Source: Eledone cirrhosa (lineage: Eukaryota). Taken from it: DNA of 64,000 nt. The translations under genes and the position numbers were made by a program. The stretch lies in assembly GCA_964016885.1 (NCBI GenBank), contig OZ024741.1, positions 123,132,001-123,196,000 of the forward strand, written 5' to 3'. Below, piece by piece: positions 28,673 to 42,840 of the stretch (position 1 is its first letter; each line of letters opens with the position of its first letter). A model generated the notes under the pieces. That model was not told the origin of the DNA and made no database searches. It saw only the letters and a list, made by a program, of their open reading frames with translations.

Positions 28673-31325
28673 ATTAGAACAGAGTCCATTAGGATTAGTA
28701 AGGCTTTAGCAATAGAGAAAATAGAGCAGAGGGAGAACTAGTTAGAACATTAGACGAGGCGCTTAGTAAAGGCATCGCGACAGACGTATTTGTGGCGAAA
28801 TTGGCTCTTGACCAATTCTTCAATGCAAAGCACGAAGGCTGCGTTGTGAGAGCTAGGGTGCGTGCTCTCAGACACGAGGGGACGAAAGCCGTTCAATGGG
28901 CCCGAGTGGCGGAGGCGCGTCGTGGCAACAAAGCCACGATCCGGTCTTTGGTAGATCACGACGGGCGCATGCTACTCGATCCCAGGCAAATGTGTGAAGC
29001 TTTCCAGCGACACTTCGCTCAGCTGTTCGGGGGCAGCGGCGGGCCGGATCGAGGGATGGACATTAATGTCTACCTCGACGCACTGCCGCGGCTCTCGGCC
29101 ACTGAGGCGGAGTGTTGCGAAAAGCCGATAACAGCGGCTGAAGTATGGGAGACAATAACTGGCTGCACAAGGGGTAAATCGCATGGTTTCGATGGTCTGC
29201 TCTATGAACTTTACGTACAGATGTCAGAATTGTTCGGAGGCCTCTTGGCGGACGTCTACTGCAACTGGCAAAAGAACGGGAGAATACCCAGCACTGTGAG
29301 CCGAGGAGCGGTGGCACTGCTGAGAAAGGATCCGAACAAGGGGGATAACAGATTATTTCAGGCCCATAACTCTTCTAAACACAGTGTTCAAGATTTTGGC
29401 CAAGGTGCTAGCAAAGAGGTTGGCGCTTGTCGTTGGTGGTCTGGTGGGAGAGGCGCAGACATGCGCCATTCCCGAGAGATTTATCTACGACAACCTCCAC
29501 ATCATGCGATACATCAAAGAGAGGGTAGCTAGGGAACTTGGCACGGGTGGGTCCTTGATCAATTTAGATCATTCGAAAGCGCTAGGTCCGCGAAGGATGT
29601 CCCCTCTCGTGCTTCTTGTACGTATTGACTCTCGAGCCATTACTGCGCAAACTGAAGACGCTGAGGTGGGTCCCGCGCGAACTAGCATGCGGAAGATCCG
29701 TGTCAGCATATGCGGACGATGTCACCGTAGTGGTGTCGAACGCCAAACACATCGAGGCGATCGGCACTACACTAAGAGAATACGAAGCGGTGACAGGAGC
29801 AATGATCAATCAGGAAAGGTCAGTGGGCCTGCAGCTCGGCACTTGGAGAGGCAGGTCCATGCCGTCCAACAGCGTCGTCGGGCGCCGGACGGACGGACCA
29901 GTTAAATTGCTAGGGGTCTGGTTCGATCCGGATCTCCAGACGGACAAAAACTGGGACGAGGTGACGAGCAGGGTGGTTTCTCTCACCCAGAAATGGGCCG
30001 AGAGGAAGCTATCCCTGAAAGGTCGAGTGGGGGTGGCTAACGTGTATATCGCGTCCGTCATCTACTACCGCCTGACCGTCGTACCTTGTCATAAGCCCCG
30101 CCTGACTGCGCTGGAGCGTTTGCTCTTTCGCTTTTTGTGGAAGGGACGCGCTCCGATGGTCAGGCGGACCATCTGCTGTCAACACCCGCTACGTGGAGGG
30201 CTGGGATTGCCGTGGCTGATGATGCGCAGACACGAGCTCAGGCTACGAGATCTCCACCTCTTCCTCGACGGTGATCAGGTGTGGTCTCCGTTTGCTAGAC
30301 ACGTCTTTCCCCAGCTCGTCTCCTTGACGGAGCTGCAGTCCTGGGTCAAGCGAAGACCGAGAAGGAGCGCTTGGAGACTGGAATGTCTTCAGGCGCTCAC
30401 AGCCCTCGACCAATCGGGCAATGTGATCGGTGGAAACTCCACTTTAGCGTTCTATAGAGGATTAGTGGAGGGGAAGGGCGACGACGTACTTGGGGAAACT
30501 TTAGGCGTCGAGGAAAATCAACTAGCCAATCTCTTCGGAAGAACTTTCGGGCCGGGGCCTATGGACAAGTTCCAGAAATCCCTGGCCTGGCAGTGCCTCC
30601 GAGGAGCTTTGCCAGTTTGGGATAAACTCTACAGGCATCGAGGTGCCGTCAGCCGGGCATGTCCGAGATGCGCGCAGGGTGATGAAACCGTCCTGCCCGC
30701 ACTCGTCCAGTGTCCGAGCATTGCTGACTTATGGGTTTATGTCGAACACCTGCTGTCGCGTGTGGGACGGATCCAGCTATCAGCTGAGTCTATCGTGAGG
30801 ATTGCCCCGCCTCTTCCTTTAGCCGGGAAGGGCAGGCAGTTTTTATCTGTCTGGTGGCCTTGGCGAAAGAGATAGTATGGTGGACACGTTTGAAAGGGCT
30901 GAAGACGAGCACTTAACTTTTCGGTGATACCCTGATTAACTTTTTCAAATTTCATTTAAAAAGGAAAATCAGGGTAGAAAAGGAAGTGCTCTCTTCCCAG
31001 CATTTTGTTGAAAGATGGGTGAGAGAGGCAAGAATGGCCCGAGTGAATGAGCCTACTCTGAGTATGTGTCTGTAAATTAAAGGTGGAAAACTGGGAGAGG
31101 CACTTGCCCTGGTGGTCAGGGTCACTGTGGCTTTTTAATGGGCTTTCTCCACGAATGTCCCTCGGAAGTCACCCCCCTATTGGGGAATTTTTTCATTGTT
31201 CTATTATTACATCCTCTGTTTCTTGTTTTCTTTACACGCAGAAATGCCCATTTGTACCGCCTTGTATTGTCCTGTACTGCCCTTAATGTCTACTTTATGT
31301 AAACCCTTGTGGTTAATAAAGAAAT
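28673..31325 (+). mobile_element. Tx1/L1-clade LINE ORF2, 5'-truncated, frameshifted and internally deleted
   Basis: GKSHGFDGLLYELY, KILAKVLAKRL, LINLDHSKA, YVLTLEPLLRKL, SAYADDVTV, LSLKGRV, GGLGLP, C-terminal CPRCAQGDETV..LVQC. AATAAA at about 31315 then (TTA)n. Confidence 0.9.
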
Positions 31326-31369
31326 CATTATTATCATTATTATTATTATTATTATTATTATTGTTATTT

Positions 31370-32520
31370 TTATTTTCTTTCATTATTGTTTCTGATATAT
31401 AAGCAGAGTGTCTTCCTGACACCTAGGGTAAATAAATTCACAATGTGCATTGGTAAGCCAGTTAAATCAGCACAATGATTATAATTAAAAAAAGAAAAAA
31501 AACAGTATACATATATACACGTGTGCATATGCATATGTAAATACAAGGAGGGATATCAATCTTACAGAGATAGTGCTCTTCTAAATACGTGTGCAATACC
31601 AGTCAAAACAATTTTTTGCACCTCGTGCCGAGAGGGTCAACCAGGAATAATTCGCAAATATTGTTCCGTTCCTTTCTTGATCATTCCCAGTCCTCCCACA
31701 ATCACTGGTATTGTAACGGCCTTGAGGTGCAACATTTTCTCAATTTAAATAAGCAGATCTTTATATTTTCGTAGCTTGTCAAATTCTTTTGTCGCTACAT
31801 TGTGCTCACATGGGATGCTCATATCTATAAAAAAACAGACCTTGTTATGTTATCTTTCATAATGATGTCAGGTCTATTTGCTTTGATGGTCCTGTCAGTA
31901 TGTACAGGAAAGTCCCAGAGAATTGTTACTTGTACCACTTGTCTTCAGCTTTGATTTTGTAATGCCGACATATTACCCATTGTTGATATTGGCCAACTCT
32001 GTCATGTCTATATTTGTATTCGACTTTACATCCAGAGACTAAGTGATCCACTGTTTCAATCCCAGCATTGCAGAATCGGCACTTTGTCTTTATTCCATTT
32101 CTCATCACATTGGCCTGGTAATTACGAGTCAATAAGCTTTGATCTTGGGCAGCTAAGATAAAAGCCTTCAAACTCCGCCTTTAGCCCTGAACTACGTAGC
32201 CACTGATGGGTGTGCATTTGGTCAACATCAGCTTGTCTGCTACGGGCCACATATTTGCCATGCAGAGGTTTCTGCTCCCAATTTGATGCCATTTTGCTTT
32301 TGCCAGTGATTTTATGTGCCTAGCAGCATCAGTTGCAACAGTTTCTTTAGTCTGTCCAGCCTGGGTATCAAGCATGAGATCAGTAGCATATTCTTTGCTC
32401 TCCTTCAAGATAGAATGAAGCCTCTCTCATGCTTTTCAACAAGCTTCAGCATACAGTCGTTAGTTGTTTCAAGGTATTTAGCCAGTTCACTGATGGTGGT
32501 CTTGTAAGCAAGTTCAAATT
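31370..32520 (-). mobile_element. R4/Dong-like (RLE) LINE 3' portion
   Basis: AAQDQSLLTRNY..CRFCNAGIETVDHLVSGC..YKYRHDRV, then WDF..IKANRPDI (restriction-like endonuclease). (TAA)n tail. Confidence 0.85.
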
Positions 32521-33105
32521 GGATCCGGCTATCGGCCGAGTCCATAGTGAAGAACGACCGGCCGCTTTCCTTTGGCCAGGAAGAGCAGGCAATTTTCGCT
32601 GTCTGGTTGCAGTTGCGAAAGTGGTTGTATGGTAGACCAGATTGAAAGGACTGAAGACAGACACTTTTCTCTTCGGCCAATCCCTCATCACTTCTTCAAG
32701 TTTCACTTGGAAAGGAAGGTGAGGGTGGAGTGAGAAGTGCTGCCCCCTAGTACATTTGTTAAAAGGTGGATGAATGTGGCGAGAATGTGTTGAGAGTGGG
32801 CCTACTCTGACCAAGCGCCTTTAGGCTAGATAATTTGAGGAGGAGAGGTGTGGTCTCCCCGGGAACCTAGAAGCGCAAGGAGGTGGGGGATTGGTGTGGT
32901 ACCTGAGTCAACCTGGGTCGTACACTCCCCTATTGGCGAATTTATTTTGTTATATTTATGCAGAGTTTATTTTATATTTTGTATATCTTCATTGTTAAAT
33001 TCGTCTTGCCATTGTGCACTTTTACTCGAGCTTATTGTAAACCTCCACTGTTCGTGTTTTGTATTGTCTCCTATATGTCGGTCCTTGTGGCCAATAAATC
33101 AAATC
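32521..33105 (+). mobile_element. Second Tx1/L1 3' fragment
   Basis: Similar to 30770-31320 (GGATCC.GCTATC.GC.GAGTC.AT.GTGA..TTGAAAGG.CTGAAGAC). AATAAA then (ATT)n. A further fragment lies at 33555-33660. Confidence 0.82.
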
Positions 33106-33127
33106 ATTATTATTATTATTATCATTA

Positions 33128-33320
33128 AGGGGCGGTGTATTGACAGTATCGGTGGATGGTCGGATGCCATGCTTTGACGCATAGAGTTACGGCCCTTGCC
33201 ATTCTGAGTTCAAATTCCGCCGAGGTTAACTTTGCCTTTCATCCTTACGGGTTATATAAAATAAAGTACCAGTAATGCACTGGTGTAATTGCTGGCATTG
33301 TGCCAAAAGTAGAAACAATT
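33128..33320 (+). mobile_element. tRNA-derived SINE, full length
   Basis: GGGGCGGTGTATTGACAGTATCGGT..GAGTTCAAATTCCGCCGAGGTTAACTTTGCCTTTCATCCTTACGGG..AAAGTACCAG, then an (ATT)n tail. Confidence 0.87.
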
Positions 33321-34379
33321 ATTATTATTATTATTATTGGTCTGATTGAACGTCTTTTTTGCTCACACTCGTAAGTCTCTTTATTTACCTGTCATAACTC
33401 ATTTATTGCAAATTTTTGTTGTCGTGTTAGGGACATAAGCCTTTGGAAATTGCCTTGTGGAGGAAAACTATAATATTTGGGACTTTTGGCCCACATATTT
33501 GAACTTTGTTTAAAATAAAAATTTCTTGTTGTCGTTGCTTAAATGTTGTGAAGAACGGATCCGGCTATCCACCGAGTCTGGAGTGAAAATCGCCCCACCG
33601 CCTTCTTTCGGCCGGGAAGAGTATGCAGTTTTCACCTGTCTGGTGGCGGTAACGAAAGAGGTTTTGCTATTGTGTATGTGTAATATTTGAGATATTTTTT
33701 CTTGTGTTTGCATTTTCATTTTATCGCTCATTGTGGCTGTCCATCGTCTTCGCCCCGAGAAGATGAGGTTTCGATATTTGGTTCAGATGTTTATGAGTTT
33801 GTGTGGATGTGTATGTGTATTTATTGTTTGAGGAGGGGGAGAAATAGTGGGAAAGCTCTCCTCATCTTCCCCTTGATTCTGCCTTTGTCGTTGGTGGTGG
33901 GGGTGGGGAGAGGGGTGATTTTAGCTACTCTGCTGCTGATACTGATGCTGGTGATGTTGCTCTTCGTGTACCTGCCACGGCAATTTATCCCGGCACTGGG
34001 ACAAAATGTATGAGATCAAAGACTTGTAAGAGCATGGTGGCATATCGGGTACATTTTAATTTTAGTACTTGAATGTTACCTACAATATAGTTTATTGAAC
34101 AAAGTGAAATAATGTTGATCCTGTAGTTTGTAAATAACGGTAAACTAAATAAAATGACTACGGTAGTTTCTCATAGTTGGATATACACATTGTTTTCGCA
34201 ATCGTTTGGAAATACTGGAATCTTATCGAATACATCATCCTTTGTGACCAAGGAAACATCTAGGGTGTGCTTACTGGAAGGATATAGAGATAAACTAGCA
34301 TAGATTTGCTTACGGGTGATAAAAAACTATATTAGTTTTGGGCTAAATAACTCATTTTTTGACAAAATTAGATGAGTCG

Positions 34380-34900
34380 CCCAGTAATTTTATTGCACGC
34401 CTTTGAAAACAGCATATCAAAATTCCATTATCTTCTGTAGTTTCTGTCCAGAGTTTAATCACATATTCCACGTGTCTTTATTTGAATACATGCATTTTTC
34501 TGCGCCACGTGGTCAAGTTTAGTATAATATCTTTACAAACAGACATAAGGACGGTTCTGATCTCTTCCCTGATGTATTTCCTTAGTTGAGTGATAGTGCA
34601 ATGTTTGTTAAGATATCCCCTATCCCTCAGATAGCTCCAAAGAAAGAAATCTGGGTGGGGTGGGGGTGGGTGTTCAAAATCAGTCATCAAACTGAACGCG
34701 CCATTTCCAAAGTTATTTTCCACCATTTCCGTGATTCATTGAATGGGTGAATGCTTGATTCCTCATGAGGAAACCAGATTGTATTCATTTGACAAGAGTA
34801 TATGGTCTGTAGCACCTTTGTGAAGTTTTCCAGGAGTTCCACTTAGCGTTCCTCTGTAATTGTAGACATGACACCAGAAAGGATGAATATAATATAACAC
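34380..34900 (-). mobile_element. Degraded Tc1/mariner transposase remnant
   Basis: ORF 34478-34726: PPPHPDFFLWSYLRDRGY..TITQLRKYIREEI, resembling the SPDL.P.DFFLWGYLK motif. Confidence 0.6.
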
Positions 34901-35912
34901 AAAACGTCAGCTGGGTCAGTTTGTATGCGTCACACTATACTTTTTTATGAATCCCGAAGTCATAAAATGGAAAGTGTACCTAGATGTACATAAAAATAAT
35001 AGTAATGCTACGAATATTTACAGAAAGTGTGCAGCAAACAATATTTTCTGAAAACACGCAAAATAGTTTCACACACAGCTTGGCTGAAATTTCAGATAAG
35101 TTATTACTTTACAATCAGATAACAACTGAATGTTGGCGTCTTCCTTTGTATTCAGTAGTCATGATGCGACGAAATTCTGTACTTGAAGTCTATGCTGAAT
35201 AGAAACTCAATGAAGCAATCTGGCTGAACACAATATTTAAGTCAGTGTTAGCGTGTAACATGCAGAAAATAGTAAAATATTAACTAGAAATAATTATGAA
35301 AAGAAAAAATCAATATTAATAAACGACTAAAATTACTTTCAACAGCAGTCAAGAGACAGCGCTGTATATATTTCTGTTATAATATGACCACATTAGGGAA
35401 TCCTATTCTCAAAATAATGAAAGCAGCATAGGAAAAGTACATTTTTCAGAGAAGTTATTCGCTGATTAATACTCTTTTCCTTCGCACTATAAGTTCTGTT
35501 ACTTAAACATTCATGACAATCATTCCTGCATTAAATATGCATACACTATGTTAACTCTAAATCACTATTAACGTTAAGTATAAAGACAACACATGATATA
35601 TCATATAACGTCAGACGTTCTTAAATTATTTATTTATTCTTTAGTTGCAAAATCAAAATCTAGGATATAATCACTATCATTTCAGCTTTTCAAACTGGTA
35701 TAAGCTAAACATCCGTCATGAGCGGAGATTAAAGTATCGAAGAATCACAGCTCGTTAAATGAGCTTTACAGAACGTACTGCATGCATTTTATCATGGAAA
35801 AAAGACTAATTATGTCGTATGCCCTCAGCGGGATTACACGATCCGCTCAACTCTATGTATTTCCCTTCCCATTGGATCAGAGAAAGTGATTGCTAATGAA
35901 TTAACTAAATAC

Positions 35913-36080
35913 TTGTTTCTACTTTGGCACCAGGCCAGCAATTATCCCAGTGCATTACTGGTACTTTATTTTATCGACCCCGTAAGGATGAAAGGCAAAG
36001 TTAACCGCGGCGGGATTTGAACTCAGATCATAAAGGGAGGTAACTCTATGTAACCCTCTACCGATAGTGCAATCCACCGC
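35913..36080 (-). mobile_element. tRNA-derived SINE
   Basis: Reverse complement of the same family (CTGGTACTTTATTTTATCGACCCCGTAAGGATGAAAGGCAAAGTTAACC..GGATTTGAACTCAG). Confidence 0.87.
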
Positions 36081-36810
36081 TCTTGAATTAACTAAATAAT
36101 ATACACAGTTGTATTCACAGAAATTCTAATCACGTAGCTGGATTACTAGAAAATCCACAACTGGATTAATAATACATTAATTAATAATACGTTAATTAAT
36201 AATACATTAATCGAAATCTGCAAACAAATATGATGTTTAATAGAAATATTATGAAATACTGTATAAAATATATTTCGCATTTAGCAGTGGAAATATATAC
36301 AAATGGCACTTTAACGAAATTGACTCCAGATACTAGATATATAAGTCGAAATATTTGAATTATTCCAACTAGTTTTCTGTTTGTAATATATTTCAATGAA
36401 TGTTTAGAATACATGATTAGAGGAGGGCTAGAAATCCACAAGGGTAATAATAAAAGCAACATTAGATGCATATGTTAAACATTCAAATTGATTTTTCCCT
36501 AGCCAAATATGTTTTAAAACATCACTAACAGCTCTAAAAATCATTCTAAGATATAGTCTATGGATGATTCAAATGGTGAATAGTATTTAAATGAATTTAA
36601 AATCAAAATGCCAAAAGAAATTAAAAAAAATAGATATTGTTACTTTAGAGCCAACTCAGTACTATCTCAACAAGAAGTTATTAGATTTATATTATTTTAT
36701 ACTGGTGACATTGTGTATTGCACTTCTTTTAAATACAAATATAATAGTATTTTAACATATTCATTGAGCTAGATTCCGCTTGACGGAGGCATTCTAGCGC
36801 TCGTTGATAC

Positions 36811-39174
36811 CATTGGTCAACAAAATTAAATATATTATACTCATTATGAATGGAAACCAACTATTTTAGACAATTTTTTCATGCTGATTTCAACATGTCA
36901 CTCCATTTGTATGCAACACGTATCACTTTATCAGTAGATACAAGCAAATAATTACTTATTTGTATATATGAAATCATTAACGTAATAAATAAGGACATAT
37001 TGCTTTTTAGAAAGTAATGAGTTTATTGAGTTAAAAATCATCACTATCATTCTACAAAGAGTGAATACACAAAAAATGGGTCAGACAAAACAGACAAAGT
37101 TAGAACAACAGAGTTAGAAACATTGTGATTTGGATTTCCTGCCATGTTCCTGATGTAGTTTATCACGTTAAAGTGTCCAGCAGTAGTCAGCCAGCATACT
37201 GTCATTCCAGAAGCCCTGATACCGTTTCTCCATAGCACTAATGTCCTGGTGAAATCTTTCACCATGTTCATCAGACACTGCTCCAAGATTATCTGCGAAG
37301 AAATCCAGATGGAAGACCAAGAAGTGAACTTTCAATGACGTGCGACAACCCATTGCTGAGTAACATTTCAGAAGATTCTTGATGCCATCCTTGTAGTCCA
37401 TTGCCTTCTTGTTGCCCCAAAAATTCTCAAAGATCCAATTGAAAGTATTCCGGGCAGGTAGTTCCAGTTCATCCAGGGTTGTCTTGAAGTTGACATCATT
37501 GAGTACTTCTCTAATTTGGGGTGTGTCAAAGATACCCTCTTTCAACTTCGCCTGTGTGATTTTGGGAAACCTTTCTACAATATACTCAAATCCTCTGGCA
37601 TTTATCTTCTCTAGTATCTTCACAAACTGTTTCATCAGTCCAAGATTTATGTGCAAAGGAGGCAATAAGACATTACATGGCTCTACAAGAGGTATATTCT
37701 TGACGCTAGACAGTTCTGGCTGGTATGATGTTCTTGTCCCCCAGTTTGATTCTGAATAATGTCTGTCAGTTGCCCGACTATCCCATAGACACAAGAAACA
37801 ACAGTATTTTGTGAAACCTGACTGCAATCCCATTAACATTCCAATGACTTTTAAATCTCCACATATTTTCCATGAGGATCTTTCATAGGCAATGGCATGA
37901 AGTAAAAGTTCCATATTCTCATATGATTCATGAAGATGAACGGAGTGTGTAATAGGAATGGAGGGCTTCAATTTACCATTATGGAGAAGTACAGCTTTTA
38001 AACTTTGTTTTGAAGAGTCAATAAACAAACGCCACTCTGCAGGATCATGATTTTGTGATAAACAATGTTACTGCAAAAGCAAAGCGGGCCTTCATCAGAA
38101 AAACACGTTTGTAGAACGACATTTCTCTGCCGACAATAAGTTATACACCGTGCTCTAGCAGATACTTCTCCTTCAGTCTTGATGCCAACAGTTCTGCTTT
38201 ATCTTTTGAGAGGGATAGGTCTCTGACAAGGTCATTCAGTTCAACTTGGGGACATTTCTGAGGTTCAAAGCTATCATCATCAACTACGTAATCTTCCTCA
38301 GCAGCACTATCATGATAGTCAGCAACATCATCTGATGTTTCAATACCCTCATTTGGTGGAACTGGAATTGGCAGACTTCCATTGTGAGGCACAGTTCTCA
38401 TTTCAGAATCCAAATTGGGATACACAATTTTGTGTTTATTCTTCATAAAAAATCCTGTGACATTTACTTTGCAAAAATAACAGTCATTAAATGGTCTTTT
38501 GACTCCCTCCATATCATTGGAATAACAAAAGCACGAACTTCTTCTTATTGAACCAGTCACGTAAGCCATTTGAGCAAGCTGAGCAGATAAAATGTGGTGC
38601 CCATAACTTGTCCTGATCTCCAAGAGGACAGTCAAAGTATAGCTTATAAATCTTTTTGATCTCGGGTGTTATTGTACGTTTTTGAGCTTTCACAATAAAT
38701 TGTCTACAGACATAACAAAATACATCAGGTCGATTTCTACACTGTCTTGACATTGTTAACACTAAAACAAGTAAGGAAATAGATACAAACAGTTATACTT
38801 ATATTGAATTTGAGATGATGAAATATTTCATCAGACCAATTATGACTGGACAATTTGAGGTTTTGAAATACCTATTTCATCAGACAAAACTTGATTGGTT
38901 AATTTAAGATGATGAAATATTGCATCTGAACTATGCAACAATGAATAATGTAGTTTATTTTAAAGGTATGTTTTTCCATGATGTAAATGAAATACATGCA
39001 TACACGTCATTAATTGGAATTTCTATATAATACATGAGCTAAAGCCAAAAAACATTCTCATCTTGAAAACTGTACGTGATGTTAAGAAAATAATTGTATA
39101 TTTGCAATCAGCATTAAAAACTAAACTAAGTACAACTTAACATATGCTTGATGAAAAAAACTTGTTGACCAGTA
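36811..39174 (-). mobile_element. Full-length Chapaev3-type (CMC superfamily) DNA transposon
   Basis: TIRs CATTGGTCAACAA (36811) and TTGTTGACCAGTA (39174), near-identical 3-bp flanks TAC/TAG, subterminal ATGCTGATT/AATCAGCAT, encloses a transposase. Confidence 0.8.
37168..38753 (-). pseudogene. Chapaev3-type transposase, frameshifted
   Basis: CRNRPDVFCYVC..LGDQDKLWAPHFICSAC zinc finger; DCYFC; ELNDLVRDLSLSKDKAELLASRLKE; FIDSSKQSLKAVLLHNG, ICGDLK, CCFLCLWDSRA, LPPLHINLGLMKQFVK, VSDEHGERFHQDI. Confidence 0.85.
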
Positions 39175-41388
39175 TAGTTATTTAATGTATACAATTTGGA
39201 CGATATGAATATTAAACTCTGATATCACATCAATGTTTGATTTAGCAATTACATCACTCTATTTTAGCTTTCCACGCTTAACGATCAATAATACAGATAT
39301 AAAATATTTGCTCCTGGTGCATTAGGGTAAGATAATGAAAAGTAAACCTCCTTTTTAAGGTACTTCTCGCTAGTATTTCATTGCAAACAAAACGCTTACA
39401 AGAATGTGAATTTAAGTAAATCATAAAAGCTTCCATTGAAAAGGGTTAAATTAATTCATTTGTTTAGATTTGCAAGTTCACGGACAGTTGTTCTTTAATA
39501 TATTTTCATTAGTGAAAATGAATAAATATGAATAGTAATTACTTTAAATACGCAAGGGAATTCACCCGCTATGTTATATCAACTTTGAATCTGCTTTCCT
39601 GAAATTCCATATTGAACGTCAAATTATAGTTATGCGAAATACGAGAAGATACGAATTCAGTACCAGTTAATTATCAATTGATAACTCCGTATTCACTGAT
39701 AGAATGAATGGCTATAATGATGATCATTATAGTTATCATTAGTTGTCATCGTCAGCATCATGAGCAACAAAAACACAAATAACAAAAATATTGTCGTGAC
39801 CAACCACCCCCATATCATTTCACAGACTCTCATCTTCATCCACTATTATCATCAATAGCAATGGCGTTATCTATTCTTTCTTAATATAATTCTAATGGAT
39901 CTATGCTATCCTAATAACAATTTCCTCTTTAAAGTTTCTGCTTCCAATAATTTCCCCTGATACCTAACCAATTTTGTCGAAAGATAGCCAAATTAATTAT
40001 ATACTCATCGTGGATCTGATAAAGTATTCATATCCGCTATTATGTTTTGAAAATAGCAAACATGTTGCAAGGTTTTGCATAATATATTTTGTAGACTTTA
40101 GGCATTAAACAGGGGAAGGGGAAATCAGTACTTGATTGAGTTTTAATGTGATGCAAAGCACCTGCGTACACGCCCACTGCTCGGCAAATATCTGGTCAGT
40201 ATTCTAATGTGGATTTCATTTGTGCTTTGAAACGAATCAAAACTTATATGGGACGGATGTAAATTCTGACATTTCAGATGCAATCCCCAAAATATCATAT
40301 ATATGTGGTTATCATATATATTGGGCAGATAGCTAGAGGTGTAGACTGTGTATCCTACATTCCGAGGTTAGAATTATGTTTATGTGCCTATATAATCGTA
40401 ATATCTAATTTGACTAGTCAACTTGTGTCTCAATTGGGAGCTGTTTGATACAAGAAATGATGTGCAGATCATCATGGAAATAGGAGACTGACATATTCCT
40501 ATGCAGTAAAGTGTCGTCAGAAGTAACAGCGACAATGGAGTTAAATAAATGTAAGAATAGTATAGGAGACGATAATTTACCATGAAGTACAAAAATACAA
40601 TACAATGTATCTGATATCCCGTAATGCATTCAATACTCTAAGGGAGGCGGACCCACCTAAGTCATAACTCCTGGGAGAAAAACACTACGGGGATACGTAG
40701 GAATCATGACTTTGGTGGGCTAGGTTCCTTTTGAGTATTAGAAGAAATCAAGAGCCGAAAAACGATACGAGTTTAGGCCTACTTTGTGTGAGATCTCGAT
40801 AATGAATTTGACTATATATCGGTCGTAGGAGAAATAATCATAAAGTTGATAAGAACTGGGTGTTTTAGATAGAGAGGATTTCGCCTTTACAGTACAGACA
40901 ATGTCAATGTTGATATTAAGCTTAAAACTATTGCTACACATATAATTCCCGAAGATAGATGACTATATGTGTATGCAATTTGAAATGAAACACCAGTAGC
41001 TCTAGCTCTATAGAAAAAATTACATGTGATTTATTAGAGAAAAGCGTTGGTTAAGGTAGTGTTTATGTATGGCTGGTGCCACCAGAAAATTATTTTGCGC
41101 GAATAAAGAAAAGTGTGCTCTGACACATGTACACATAGATTGACGTAGATAACTGTTATATAGTGGAAGAGACGATTTGTCCAGCTACTGCTGAAAACAA
41201 GGAGGGGACACGATTGGGAGGGTATTCATTGATTGCACTGGCTGAGAGAAAATTCTTATAAAGGTGTAGAGTAGAATTTGAATTGCAGTATATATCCCGT
41301 ACATAATTATATGTAGAATGGCCCCGCAAACGTAAAACAGAGACATCTTTTCGAGTAATCTAGTGTCATCTATACAATGTTATCTTAT

Positions 41389-41573
41389 AATTGTTTCTAC
41401 TTTAGGCACAAGGCCAGCAATTACCCAGTGCATTACTGGTACTTTATTTTATCGACCCCGTAAGGATGAAAGGCAAAGTCAACCTCGGCGGGATTTGAAC
41501 TCAGATCGTAAAGGGACGTAACTATGCTGGAAAGCATGGCGTCCGACCCTCTACTGATACTGCCAATCCACCA
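41389..41573 (-). mobile_element. tRNA-derived SINE, full length
   Basis: Reverse complement of the same SINE family including the A and B boxes. Confidence 0.87.
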
Positions 41574-42711
41574 TCTTATAATAATTACCGAATATATTTG
41601 ATATTTCCCTGCCAACATTTGACTATAGACAGGTACTCGGAGAATACAATAGGTTCTTAAGGTTTTAAAGATTTGAGATTGCAAGCCATTCAGAATCAAT
41701 TATATACTATCAAACAATGAATGGCTCCGCATAAAAGAAGATAGATATTTCTTCATTTCGCATCAAACCAAATTAACCTCATTTGTTGCAACATAGCATT
41801 GAACTTGTTGGAGAATATCATCACTTTATACTCTCAAATTCCAGTAATGAAACTTAATTGTTCATGCCAGAACGCTGTATCACATTTTAACCCCCAAATA
41901 TAGTAAATTCCTTCGTGTGTTAGGCAACAAAAAAAATGTATGTTCATGAACTTGTCAGAGGATCATCATTGATTTTTTTCGTTCGATATAATAAAGGTAA
42001 CAGAGAAAATGGTATTAAACGGCAACATTATCGTTTAGTTTTAGCACGTACGAAATGTATTATTTATCCATTTAGTTATTAGGAAATAGTGGTTAAAGCT
42101 GTGAATACCTGAATACAGCAAGAGGATATAACGAAATAATCTTACCTATAAATTGAGATTACATATGTTGTTATCGAAGACTTCGTGACATAACTTTCAT
42201 AATATATTCTTTTAATAGCTGGCTTGCTGTTACATGTCTTTGTAATAATAGTAACTGCAAGAAGAAAATTGTTAAGATAACAGGCATTAACGTATTCTAG
42301 TTTATGGCAGCATCTACTACAGACAGTTCAGCAAAGCCTGACTATATATAAACACTTTTAACGGAGGAAGAGATAAGCAAACAAACGATAGAATAATAAT
42401 GAATAAATAAGACATATGAAGTTATCAAAAGATAAAATCATTGGATGGTTTTGTCCATTTATTTCCTATAACTCATTCAGGATATATTATTTGTACGTTA
42501 AGGATCAAAATATTGAAAACTTAAGAGACTTAATGTCGAACAGAATTATCAACAGACGTTGAATGACGTAACCCACTCACATAATAAAACGATAAATATA
42601 TCCGGAATAAAGCTCTTCTGCATTTGTAAAGCAGACGAAAAGTATGTACGTGCAAATGGCAAGAGAATCGATATTGATTTTCTTCACATTGACCCATTCC
42701 AACGAACCATG

Positions 42712-42823
<112 letters not shown>

Positions 42824-42840
42824 CATGTGTGTGTGTGTAT

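Noticed and set aside
40653-40720. Imperfect hairpin CCCACCTAAGTCATAACTCCT..AGGAATCATGACTTTGGTGGG
   Set aside because: A real short inverted repeat, but no TSD, family or RNA motif could be assigned.
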